Positions 26,048 through 38,299 of a stretch of 64,000 nucleotides of DNA are shown here, piece by piece; position 1 is the first letter of the stretch; each line of letters starts with the position of its first letter. Origin of the DNA: Ruditapes philippinarum (Eukaryota). The position numbers and the translations under genes were made by a program. The stretch is from NCBI RefSeq assembly GCF_026571515.1, contig NW_026867195.1, forward strand, positions 1 to 64,000, in the 5' to 3' direction. The notes beneath the pieces are model-generated. The model ran no database searches. It was not told the origin of the DNA and saw nothing but the letters and a program-made list of their open reading frames with translations.

Positions 26048-27197
26048 AGAGAGTGCATCTATAAATTCGTTAACTAATTCAATAGCGGGGAAATGATTTA
26101 ATTCAATATCCTTAAATGATTACTCCTTCTCAAACTAACGTCCTATGCACGATTTGTCCAATTTCTCGACCCATGAATCGAACACGTGTTATAGCGCGTC
26201 ACGTGACTTCTCCCGCAGCCGTTGTCTGTCCACGGCACACCTCTTTCTCTCTTGATTCAAATTTTGTACTACGAAGAAGACTGTTTTTTTTAAATTGGAA
26301 ACAGCCAGAAGACACAAATTGCTAGGTCCGGGCTGAAGGGTAGGTGCAGTAAAAGTTCGACGTCGAGTTTTTCTAGTGTATCAATGACAACGTGGCTTGA
26401 ATGGCTCGGCGCGTTGTCGTGATGTTATGTGAATCCGGACTTAAGTAGATCTGGGCGCTTTTCCCTATTGCCACGAATGAGTCCCGTTCTAAGTAATGTT
26501 GCATTATAGTTCCGAGTGACTGTCGTTGTCGAAGGAACAAAGTGGTTAAGCACTACACCGTATGTATCACAGAATATTTTGGCCTTAACCTTCACGGCTG
26601 ACTTTGGAATTATCGCTTTTGTAGGGGAAGGCAAAGAAGGATGCTTCCAGACTCTTGACGTTTGCTTTCCGGTTCAACAAAGTGAATCCACTTTTCATCA
26701 CATGTTATCACTTGATTTAGAAAGTTATCGCCTTCTTCACGATACATTGTGTCGTACATTTACTCGTCTCTCTAGGAGTATTTTACTCTTGAATGGCAAC
26801 CACTGTTTCTTCACCTGTGACAGTCACTAGTCTACCGGAACGACTGTCGTCTTCAGTTGCCTCTCAAACGTCTTTGAACCGCTTCATCCACTTCGAAATG
26901 GTGTCTTTTGATAAAGTAGCCTATCCGTAAACTTTTTTTGCAAATTTTCACGGACTTTTATGTAAACCTTTATAACGATGCGCTGTTCGTTGACGCTGTG
27001 TGACGCCATTTTCGAACAGATGCCCCGTAACGTGACGTCATTAACGGTTTATGACGTCATAAGTGATGACGTTAAAGTTGTGTCATAGTACGATTCAATT
27101 TTAAATAATCTTTTCACAGCATTTGAAGTTTAATTTTAAACGGACCATTAGTTTTGACGCTATCGAATTAGTTTACAAATTTAAAGATGCACCCTCG
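26048..27197 (-). mobile_element. Decayed mariner transposon, 1150 bp, intronic
   Basis: TA-flanked ~40-bp imperfect TIR (CGAGGGTGCATC...). Minus-strand relic from ATG 27009: MASHSVNEQRIVIK, KWMKRFKD..EDDSRSGR, HHDNAPSH, FSPDLAIC. Contains stops and frameshifts. Confidence 0.9.
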
Positions 27198-27639
27198 TAT
27201 GTTGACTTTATTTCGATAAAATAATGAAAGTAAGTTGATTTAGATTGCATAACAAACATGCGTTTTATGCTTAGTAAGTTTAATGACAACGTGCATAAAG
27301 TAAGACGTAGAAAAAATTACAATCTGTGAACAGAATTAGGTAGCAGAACTTGATACCTATTACATTTTTATGTTTAGGTTTACGGAAAATATAATTTTCT
27401 GTTATTTTTGCTATAATACAGGCTTGTTGATAAGTACAAAAACACAGACCTAGAACATGAAACATACATGTATATGTTTTATTTCTATAAGAAATATTTT
27501 TACTTTCAAGTTTTGGATAAGATATAAAAGTACCGTGATTCACCCTACAAACACAATTTGTTACCACTTAAATTTATTTGATTATCATTCAAACAATATA
27601 TCATTATACATGTATTAACTTTTATTTAAATATTTGTAC

Positions 27640-27807
27640 CTAAAAGACAGCTAGGGGTTCTTCCATCCCATTCTCCGTTACTTGCACAAACTCTATGTGA
27701 CTGTCCATTCAAAACATAGCCTGAGCTACATAAATAAACTGCCAAAGTGGGATCGCCCTTACTTATTATAACAAACCCGTTTTCTGGAAAATCGGGTGTT
27801 TCACATG
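27640..27807 (-). CDS. Single-Sushi membrane protein, Sushi/CCP exon
   Basis: 168-nt symmetric phase 1-1 exon (TTGCAG| ... G|GTACAA) encoding CETPDFPENG...AVYLCSSGYVLNGQSHRVCASNGEWDGRTPSC, with the 4-Cys + Trp CCP consensus. Confidence 0.92.
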
Positions 27808-27924
27808 CTGCAATTGAGATATGATACACGTAGGATCATGCAAACAAAAAAGAGAAAAACATTATCCTTTAAGAACGTAAAAAAACACGACAAAATCGAA
27901 AATGTTGCACACTCAGTTTAATTG

Positions 27925-28260
27925 AGACTCTTCATGGACGGCACTGGAAAGTGTAAGCTGCAGCCCACTGCCCTAGCATCGGTCTAAGCAGAATTCAAAA
28001 TTCAAACAGTGGCGTATGGTCCCAAAGTAAAACATTGGTGTGCCCTAGACGAGAAAAGAGGGGGGGGTCGCTAAATTTAATGTCATTTTGAAAAGTAAAC
28101 CAATGTTATGAAGCCTGTATATGTGTATATGACAGACAAAAAAACGTCAGAAACAAACCATAAAACAGGCAACATATCATAATGGTGATATTACAGTGTT
28201 TAGGTCGGAATTCTGGAACCAGTCACTTAGAAAAGAGTGTAATTTGATAAAAGAGTTTGC
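27925..28260 (+). repeat. Unclassified dispersed repeat, copy 1 (others at ~40640-41030 and ~44590-44770)
   Basis: Shared blocks GGCGTATGGTC-CAAAGTAAAA, TGCCCTARACGAGAA and TTATGAAGYCTGYATA in the same order. Confidence 0.65.
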
Positions 28261-28330
28261 AATCATGCATTAATGATGAAACAATCAGTTTATGCGATTT
28301 GCGACAAAGATTAATAAAAGGCCTACTTAC

Positions 28331-28360
28331 ACTTATTGTTCAATGCTGCGATACTGCAAA
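28331..28360 (-). CDS. Single-Sushi membrane protein, 30-nt microexon (end of signal peptide)
   Basis: TTTTTTGTAG|TTTGCAGTATCGCAGCATTGAACAATAAGT|GTAAGT, phase 1-1; encodes VCSIAALNNKS. Confidence 0.85.
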
Positions 28361-28547
28361 CTACAAAAAATAAACAAATGCATACGTACTTTAAAAGACC
28401 TTTTAAAAGTATAAACTGTTTTCAAATTAGCTGTCTATACAATTTTGAGTGGTGGATAAAAGAAATATTATCTTAAATCATAATCGTTAATCGCATATTA
28501 ACTTGTAAAAACAAGTAGCGGCTCATAAGATAATAACGCTAATACTA

Positions 28548-29845
28548 CAGGGGCATTTTTAATAAGTGGCAACGGGAGTGCATTTCTGTCATACCTGTTA
28601 AAAATGATAAGTAGAGTTTCTCGAAATATTCATCATAGACCTCTACACAATTTTCCAACCTCAAAATCCATTCCGAAACAAAAGCATTTTTGAACTGTTC
28701 TTTGGGTAAACTGTTTAAACTGGTAGAAGGCGCTTCTAACGGCACTACGGGTTTCGAATCATCGACTGCGAAGGCAAAATTTGATGTATGGATTTAACTA
28801 AAAGTCAAAAGGAGAGAGGTCAAGATTATAAGCGTGATGTAGCACAACCTCAATGTTCTGTTCCTCTAAATAAGTTTGAACAAAGGCTGACCGGTGCGAA
28901 GGTATTTTATCATGGAGGGGTTTGATCCTGCGCACCCGGACCCTGAGTTTCTTTGTAATGTAGTGATTATCTACAGCAGTGAGAACATGGTCAGTGTAAA
29001 ATGTTTCATAACACTATCCCTCTCAGGCACAGCAACATGGGCTATTATTCCATTACTTTCAACAAATAAAGCGTACTTAACTCTTTTAAAGCCCTTGCTA
29101 CGTCGAGCAACAACTGGGCGATCGCTGTTTTCACCTATCCACGTTTTGTTACTGAGTTTATTGTCGGGCTAAAAAATAAATAAAAAAGCCACGTTTCACC
29201 CCCTGTGAATTTTTTTCTCAGGGACTAAGGTCCCGATCTTTCAATCCAGCCAAAAAGGCCGAGGAACCCGCCCCCTTTTCTGGTCAGAAGTAAGTAAATG
29301 CAAGATTCTACGGGCGCATACTTTCCTTAACTTTAACTTTTCTTTAAAGATAGAAAACACATATTACGCACTAAGGCCCGACATGGCACTTAACTCCTCC
29401 ACGATAAATTTTGCATCTTTGTTATCTATGACTTTGGCATTGCTAATGTTATTTTAAGAGGTAGCGGAAATTGGAGGGGTTCTATCTTTCTTAAACATTG
29501 ACGCCCACCTGGCAATTGTACGATATGGAAGGGCATTTTCTCCATAAACTAAATCAAGATCCGTTTTAATTTCTAACGCGCATTTAACAAATAACCCGGC
29601 ACGAATTTTGTAATAACCTATTTGCTCCTCTCTCAAATCAAAATGTAACTTAGCCATATTTACAACCAGTATACAAAACTACATGCATTAAAATGACCTA
29701 CTTAAATTTCTTTTTGTGCATGCAAATCGTGCGAAAATAAGACTCTTGGTTAGAAAAATAAAAAATATAAAAACTTTCCAATGGTATATTATACATGTAT
29801 CATGGTTAATTTGAGTTGTTGCCACTTCTTAAAATATGCCCCTTG
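28548..29845 (-). mobile_element. Decayed mariner transposon, ~1.3 kb, intronic
   Basis: TIR CAGGGGCATTTTTAATAAGTGGCAAC / GTTGCCACTTCTTAAAATATGCCCCTTG. Relic MAKLHFD...VYGENALPYRTIARWASMFK, LHDKIPSH, YNLDLSPFDF, ..EWILRLENCVEVYDEYFEKL. Confidence 0.9.
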
Positions 29846-29912
29846 GCCTTAGTTAACTAAGGAAATGGTACTGCTTAATTTTTAAGTTAGTTTTCTATAA
29901 GTTTGACTACTA

Positions 29913-30527
29913 CTGTATAAGTGGTTTTTTCTGTGGGCTCCAAATTCTGCGGTTTTTCCAAAATTTGGCATGTTTTTATTTCTGCGGACTTTATTTCTGC
30001 GGCACATTCTTTTAACAAAACGTGTTTAAAATTCTGCGGCTGATCTTATCACGGTCTAAGTCTCATTACTCTTCCTATTTCATTTGCATGTACAAATTCG
30101 CATTAATCGTCATCACAAAAAAAAAACAACAACAAAAAAACAACAAAACATTACAGCAATTACAAATTTATGATTTAGTGGTAAACAAACATTTCGGCGT
30201 CCTGGCAAACACCTTATTCATGTACATGTATTATGTTTAAAAAAATGTATTCACAAATTGGCATAATTAACAATAAGTACATCATTAAAAACACAGATAC
30301 AAACTTAGCTGACGGGCAAGTTTATAAAAATCAATGACCCGCCGACCGTTATGATCCGTTAGTCGCTATTACTTTTGGACGAAACAGGTCATAATCTAGG
30401 ACACATATCGTAACAGGTTAAAAAATAAAACTTGGAGAAATATTCTGCGGTTTTTATTTCTGCGGTGCTGAAATTGACCGCAAAATACGCAGAAATAAAG
30501 TCACCGCAGAAATAACCACTTATACGG
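29913..30527. mobile_element. Tc1/mariner-type MITE, 615 bp
   Basis: TA|CTGTATAAGTGGTT ... AACCACTTATACGG|TA, with repeated subterminal TTTATTTCTGCGG. Confidence 0.85.
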
Positions 30528-32899
30528 TAATTAGGAGCATATTCAGCCTAATTAAGAAACGTTTTTTGAATTTTATCTTGTTATCAGGAGTAGGATTTTA
30601 GTAACCAACCATTAGGGGTAGAAAGCATAGTTAGGAGAAATGAAATCCTTAATAGGAATCTGAAAATCCTAAAAATCAGTTATAAAAACCCATTAAAAAT
30701 TAAAATCCTAACTACAAAATGTACTTATATGCCTTATGTTGGGGTTGCGTTCATTGAACGCCGCCTTTTCTTGTTGATCTTGTTTATCATATTTTATCAA
30801 GTTTTTTAAATCTAGTATCATAGTTCTAATACATATTTTTTCATATCTAAGCTTTCAAACACCTTAACATGAGATATAAAGTCCTTTAAGTATTTCGTTT
30901 CAATCTCATAATAAGACATATTGAAGTCTTAGTTTGAATTGTATTTCTCCTTATTAGGCTTTATAAACTCCTAATGAGATGAAACCAAGTCATATTAAGG
31001 CTTTTTGTTATAAAATTCAATTCTTTTTTTGGATTTTATTACACAAAATAAGGAGAAACAAAAGCTTGAAAAGCTTTTATTACAATGTATTTATTACAAG
31101 GAATTACAAAATCCGCATTAGGATTCTATCTCTTCTAAACATATTTTGGCTTCTCGGTTACTAGATTACAAAGTTCTGATAAGGCATTTATACTTACTTA
31201 AATTACTTGCCATTATATATGTCTACGTCCCCGCGAGGTGTTTGCCATTAATGGAAGATAGATAGATTAAATGAAAAATACATATTGTTTCACTTATTTT
31301 GAAAATTTCTATAAAACCTTTTGTTTTCAAATAATGTAATATTCAGAATCGTGGGGAGTTGGTATTATCACACCAGGATAAAAAAGTGATGGAAATATAG
31401 CAAGTAACTTCAGGCGTATCGGTTAATCAATATCAAAGCTAAAGTATATTTACACACTTCTATTGATAGATTAATGTGATGGCCAACAGAACATGATAAA
31501 CGTGCTCATAAAATGCAGTTGATTATGACAAACGTTCTCAGTAAGAAAGAAAAATGTTGACTGTGTATTTATCGAATTCAAGCAGTTTTTATACCTGATT
31601 AATCACAAAAACGTATCAATGAAAATTTCAGTACTCGGCTTATATACAAGTCAGACTTGTCCTCCTTCTTTGAAGTGTTCCAAAAAATCAGGCAGGATGA
31701 TTCAATTACTTTATACTTGTTACTTGTTATGTTATTTCTAAATGATAGTGTGAAAGTCATTACATCTGGTTTGCCAGGTTCAATAACCTTAAATATTATT
31801 ACATTATTTTCATTTATACAGACGACATGGTTTTGTTCTAAAAAGCCCGATTCTTTAAGAACCATGTTAAAGGAAGTAAAAAACCTATCCTAACACATGG
31901 ACTTTAAATAAGCCATTCAGATTTCCGAATCTGGTAGGTCATGTAAATATTAGTTTCGAAATTTACGGTACTCTATTAATAGAGGCTGGCGAGTAGTCTA
32001 AATACTTGGGTTTCAACCTGTTCAAAAATGACAACTTTCATCGTTCTCAAAACATTTCCCCAGGTTTGCTCTTAACACATTATTTCAAGTATTAAATATG
32101 GTATTGAATTGCAATTTATATATATATTGGCTTTGTACTCTCAGAAATCTGAGGCTTTCAACCAGCCACAATTTGAAATGGTTTACACAAAAATAAAATT
32201 CTACGTAATGTTCTTGAAGTTAGAAAGTCAGCGCTTTACGGAGAATCGGGTGGTGGCGTCTCTATGGTTATTCAAAGAAAAAAATATATTCGATGAAAAC
32301 AATATCTCTTGTATTAATGGTATAGCGGAAATATGACAGACTGGCTTCAGTGTTCTTACAGACTTCTCAGATACTGCAACACACTCATTTTCATGGACCA
32401 AAACAGGTTTATTACTGTACTGTACTGTACTGTACTGTACTACCCTGGTGTACGCACCTTAGAAACGATCACTGTGCTCCAAATCAAATTTATAATAACT
32501 TATAAATTACCTTAGCAATGGAAGTTTTATTCATTAATCCATCTTTTACATTTTTTATGAGCTTTAAACTATTGTTAATACAAAAACAATCAAAATATGT
32601 CAAGGGATGATTTCTAATATGGCGGATATGAGAGTACAAAGAAGCGACGCGTTTGACTGTTTTCTATATTTAATCTTACCAAACTAAAATACACTTCCTT
32701 TTCACTGCGAGAGTACAGCAATTCTTTAAGCAGCACGAACTACTTTTAAAAATAATCATTTCACAAAAGCACAAAAATAAAATAAAATAAAACCTGACTG
32801 TAATTACAAGATTTGCAGTCTTTCAAAGTCTTACATTCAAACATGCTTATCATTATTAAAAAAAATTATAAACAACAACAATTACATACATTTACTATT

Positions 32900-34830
32900 T
32901 TTATTCCTCTTGACAACATATATGGTCACCTCTTCTAACAACAGCTATTTGTGCAATATTTCAAGTATGTCCAGTGTCTATCATCATCATTAACATTTGT
33001 AAAAACTTCAGGCTGCTTTCTGACAGAGGTACTCGGGACAGGGTCAGGTTTTATTGGTTACCTTTTTTGATGTTTTTTCCCTTGACCTGTATTAGATGGT
33101 TTCCGAGCAGCTTCATGTTTTTTTTAATAGCTTCAAAAAATCATCCTCTGTAATTGCCCTACAACCCACAATTGTACTTAAATATTTTCTTTTCTTAGAT
33201 GGTGGCTTCTTACATGTCAGAGAGGTTTCTTTATTCTTGAAAAAAGAAGCAGAAGAGACAGTTTTAGATGTAACAGTGTCCGGTTCATTGTTTGACTGGG
33301 TAGAAGGTTCGAATCCCGGCATGTTAGATAGTTCAAGTTCTGGCTTGCTGTATGGTTATGATGATACATTTCCTGTTGTAAAGCAGAGGAAGGGAGAAAG
33401 TGTGAAGGATTTACAGCAGTTTGGTTCAGACAAAGCATTCCCGACTTTCTGAAGGCAGACTGCAAGTTTTCGGGTAACAGTGTCTTTAAATAGGCACTGC
33501 ACGCCAACTGACATATTTCGAAAGCAGTGAAAGGGAGTAAGTGTGACGGAATTTCAGCATTTGGGTTCAGTGGAAGCATTCCCGACTTTCTGAAGGCAGG
33601 CTGCAAATTTCCGGGTAACAATGCCTATTTAAACTGACATATTTAAAAGTTTGAGATTAATCCTCAACTTGTCTCCCTCATAAATTTATGTCCGCATCTA
33701 TTAATTTTTTTAAAGGTCCGAAACAACTTACATCCATAGGCAGAAGTATGAGCAGGAAGACAAAATAAAATAATGTTTTCTTATCTTGACCACTATTCAG
33801 ATTAATGAGAAATTTATGCCCATCATAAATAAAAGAACTGTGCAAGATTCAGATCAATTTGGAAAGTACTTTATCAGATGTGATTGAATACAGTGCTTAA
33901 CGATTTCACTATTTCTCCAACCAGTCTCTGATACAGTACCATCAGCCCTAGGAGTACTACCGTTCAACAATGCGGAATTCATGCAACCACCAGGAAATGC
34001 AAAGTATCGAGGTATTGGTTGACCTTGAACATTACCGCAACCTTACACGGTTACATTATCCCTACTGGATGACACTTCAGCTTGGGATTTTACTTGTTCA
34101 GAGACAACAGGTGGAGGCTTATGTCTAGTACTTAAGCCTTTTTTGTCAACATTATAAAGAATCATTGGACGATCATAAGGTTATATGTTAGAAGAAACAT
34201 TGGACGATCACAAGGTTATATGTTAGAAGAATCATTGGACGATCACAAGGTTATATGTTAGAAGAATATATGAAAGTTCTTTATAATACTTCTCTACACA
34301 TTCCTTTGAAATTGCCTTGGCACATTTAAGTTCAATGCCTCTTGGATCTGCTCCGGCCAACGCGACTTGAAAAGAACAAACCAAACCAGCCAACAGATAA
34401 AGTTTCCCCCTGATTGTTTATGACCCAATGCAACAACATTCTCTGTGGCAATATCAATAACTTCCTTCCTGGAAATAAATAATTGTTTTTGTATAATTGT
34501 CATCAATAAATAATTTTTAAAAATATTGATTATAAATTAAATTTATGATTAAATATTTAAACACATAAATTAAATAACATAAGATAACGTCAAAATACCC
34601 ACCTGCTGTATCCTTTTCCCACAGAAGCAGTGAACGTAAGTATTCAACTAGAAAGGCTTCCTCTTCATGGGTAAATAAATGTGGTGGTCCCGAACAAACA
34701 ACCTAGCCTCTGGCACACTATATTGACTAGCAGTAGTTCTAATTAGGGCCCTTGTCTCCCTGCATTTTTAATAACCTGAGAACATTAAAGTTTGAGAGTT
34801 ATTCCTGACCTTAACTTTAGGTGTCTGTAA
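32900..34830 (-). pseudogene. Decayed pogo/Tigger-like (HTH + DDE_1) transposase with an apparent intron
   Basis: Fragments GPPHLFTHEEEAFLVE, GYSR|KEVIDIAT, WFVLFKSRWPE, YNVDKKG, GADG-like RADGTVSETGW, LPAHTS..PMDVSCFGPLKK, NLQPAFRKSGMLPLNP, and C-terminal HWTYLKYC. TIRs not resolved. Confidence 0.8.
34157..34267 (+). repeat. 35-bp tandem triplication within the pogo relic
   Basis: CATTGGACGATC at 34163, 34198 and 34233. Confidence 0.9.
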
Positions 34831-35259
34831 AAATGAAATGAATAATAAAAAAGGGTTAACAAAATACTAACTTTAATATATTGGTATTCTATAAAAATAA
34901 GAGTACATCTTCCTATACAGTGAATTATATATTTTGTGGTCACATTACATGCGGAGTGAGGTGTCGGCTGGTCTGACTGTCATTTTTATAAATTTTCTGA
35001 AAAATTCATTTTCAAAGTTATACAGAAATATTTATAAGAAAAAACAACATTTATACGTTAAAAAGTATGAAAAGAGTACCTCAAAATTCCTGACTCTCCA
35101 AATTTTTGCTGCGAGAAATAACCGTAATGTTTACTAACAGATGTGCGTGAGAGTGACGTCATACGGAAACCAGAAATCGAAATCGAGGTCAAAACATAAA
35201 CGGCGGCGTGATTAAGATGCGTCGAAATAAAGTACAGGAGAATACAACACTATACTTCC

Positions 35260-35695
35260 CAATGCTATGCTATGGTATGCTACGCTACGCTTGACTACAC
35301 GGCAAGGCACGGCACGACAGGACACTATACTTTGCTACACTATACTCTATTATACGATACGAAACTTATACCGATACCGATAACTAAACCTATAATTACA
35401 CTGTACTGAAACACTACAATACAATATCCTATCCTATTCTGTCCTATTCTATGCTATGCTATGCTATGCTATGCTACGCTACGCTACGCTACGCTACGCT
35501 ACGCTACGCTAAGCTATGCTATCCTATCCTATTCTATCCTTTACTATCCTATCCTATACTATTCTATATACATGTACTCACCTATCTGACCGAACGACCG
35601 GCCGGCGGCCTGCCTGCCTGCCTGCCTTCCTGTCTGCCTTCCTGCCTACCCACCTACGTACCTACATACCTACCTACTTACCCACCTACTTACTT
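35260..35695 (+). repeat. Compound microsatellite (CTATG/CTACG/CTATC, then GCCT/ACCT)
   Basis: Directly visible. Confidence 0.95.
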
Positions 35696-35938
35696 AGAAT
35701 TTTGAATATTTTATCATCTAATTAGCGAAATTAAACTTTTGTTTAAAAGAAAAATATTTATTTCAAGCTTTAGAGCTACGTTGTTGTTTTTTTTTCTATA
35801 AAATACCTTTTAAATAACTTCACACATTGAAAAATAAGACAAAACAATGATCTATAACGATATCTAAAAAATGTAAAAATTGTAAAACAATAATATTTGT
35901 CATTATTTTTAGCTTCATAAAACATAATAATGTCTCAC

Positions 35939-35984
35939 CTATATTCATCACGAGCAAACACATACCGGCGTTGGTAGAAAACAT
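35939..35984 (-). CDS. Single-Sushi membrane protein, first coding exon (signal peptide start)
   Basis: TTCGTTTCAG|ATGTTTTCTACC...AATATAG|GTGAGA; encodes MFSTNAGMCLLVMNI, ends in phase 1. Confidence 0.8.
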
Positions 35985-37876
35985 CTGAAACGAACAATTG
36001 TTTTATAAAATACCAAACACATAAGAGGGGACATTAAATAAGAAAAAAGAAACTGTACAAATGTTTTGTTTTTATTTCTGACTGAAGTGGTTCCGATTTT
36101 CGATATCATGTGGATGATATGAAATTGTTGAATGGAACTTATCTTAATGTCAGTCTTACTTAAAAATGACATAAATTTTCTTCTTTTTTTCAAAATATTT
36201 ATTTAAAAGAAAACATCAGCTGTACTTGTCAAGCAGTTGAACATTTATGTATTATTTAAATCCGATACAAAAGATTTTCTATCGAACCACTTCAACAGAA
36301 GCAAACAAAACCATAAACATCAATAATAATTAAACAAACGAAACTATAACAAGAAGATTACAGGTGCCAAATAATTATGTATAGGGCTATGCATGTTTCG
36401 TTTCACAACCAAGTCAATGCCCGTGTAGAAATGTTTTTAAATATATTACTGATAATATTGCTGCGAATCATATAACTGTATCAAGAGACTATTAGTAAGA
36501 GCACATAAACTGACTTTAGTTTTGCGAAAGAGTAATTCTATAATAATAATAAATACACATTAATATTTCCATGTTGCTATTAACCAGCATATTAAATAGC
36601 TTAGAACACCAACTTTATAAAACTATATTAAGCTGAGAAAGGAAATCACAAAAATACCTGTCCTTTCTTTTATATTATCATACCTGTCCACAGAAAATTA
36701 CAGCATTTGATAATAAGCAAAAACTGGTTGAAACTAAATATAATGTGTCACCAGAAGATAAGTCCTGCTGCTACACATTTATGTCACACAAAATCAGCTT
36801 TCTGATTAACGGGAATAACAGGAAAGATTTAATTTAGTTGGACATCACAGCCAATTGTGAAATTTGTTGAAAATAAGCTGTCGGATGAAGGTAATGATTT
36901 AAATGAAATTAATTTGAAAATAAAGGCAGGGATACTGAACTATATGTCTTCCTAAGAAGCCAAACCTTGCATAGATGAAAAGGCGAAAAGATGCAAATTG
37001 CGATTCAGAATTTCAGTTTGAATCTTTGGAGTCGAGTCAAATTTTTTGTTGATACGGATAATAAGACTCTTTAGTAATTAAAATGCTCCATAATATCCAA
37101 CATTTAATATTAAATGTTTAAAAAACACCGTTAAGCTATTAATTATAGACATGCCAGGAAAAAAGCTAGATTTGAAACAAATAAGCGCAGTATTATAAAA
37201 ATGAATACATAGATATAAAGAATTTGAAGACCAAATTTAATTTCAACAAAATATACTGTTAATACACAATGCAATTTTAGGTAATCATCCAATCATGATC
37301 GGTAAATTTGACACCTTTTTTAGCTTTAATTCACATAATAAACATTCGGTTTACTTCATGAGTGTAACTTGAATTGTTGTGTCTGTCAATATATTATGAA
37401 GATTTCGTTTTATGTAAATGATAAACGCACACTCGCACTCGGTTGACATATGTTTTTATTTGTAACTTATCTAGAATCAGTTTGATACAATTTAACAGTA
37501 ATGATATGAAAACTAGGTGTTCTATGAAATGCGTACATAGGACAAAAACAGTGAGCTTAAACAAGTGGTATTTCGGACAAAGAAGTTAAATTTGTTGAAA
37601 AATTATCAGAGGAAAATTGATTGTATAAGGGCTTGGGTCGTTGCTCTAAATATTGATTCTGTCGGTGGCTCTAGTTCAAACAAAACACATGCTTTCAGCT
37701 CAGACTACTGATTTATTCCCAAAAACTTATATTATAAGACATGCCTGACATATTAAACTGATAATTTTATAACGGGTTGACGGACCAAACTTTTTCGCAA
37801 AAATTATGTTGTATTTACGGCACAACGTCCCCAGTATTATATTAATTAGCTGATGATACTTATTTAATTGTCTGAC

Positions 37877-37910
37877 CTTCCTAGACGACGTCTCAGCTGC
37901 AACTCAACTC
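37877..37910 (-). other. Putative non-coding first exon of the Sushi gene
   Basis: Starts ~30 nt downstream of the TATA box and ends GGAAG|GTCAGA. The ATG directly follows an acceptor, so an upstream exon is required. Confidence 0.55.
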
Positions 37911-37932
37911 CTCAAATCTGTCTGCGTCTCTG

Positions 37933-38015
37933 CTTTTATATTAATACAAGAACCACGTGATCTCTGATAACCAATGAAATCAATCTACATACCTTACTGT
38001 ATTCTGATTGGCTGC
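37933..38015 (-). promoter_or_regulatory. Pol II core/proximal promoter
   Basis: On the minus strand: GCCAATCAG (CCAAT 38011-38007), inverted CCAAT (37971-37975), E-box CACGTG (37954-37959), TATAAAAG (37940-37933). Confidence 0.65.
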
Positions 38016-38299
38016 CTATGAATTATTCTTGCTCCAAGAGCGTCTAAAAGTTTAATGATTAACTTGCTTGACAAGTGTCTAAATATATATTACTTATAAA
38101 GAATAATCATATTTATATTAGCTTCCTTAAATAACTAATTCTAAAGTCTTTAAGAGATCTATAAACATAAACAAATCACAAGCGAATACTATTTACCTAC
38201 GTTTCATATACGTTTGTTTTTAACCATGCAAATAGGTTTCTAAAACAAAGGGGAATAACTCTGTTAATTAATATAGGTATTAGGCTATTTTCGTCACAG

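Noticed and set aside
29846-31190. Larger element with TAGGA/TCCTA motifs hosting the TA-MITE
   Set aside because: Repeat-like, but no convincing termini or TSD were found.
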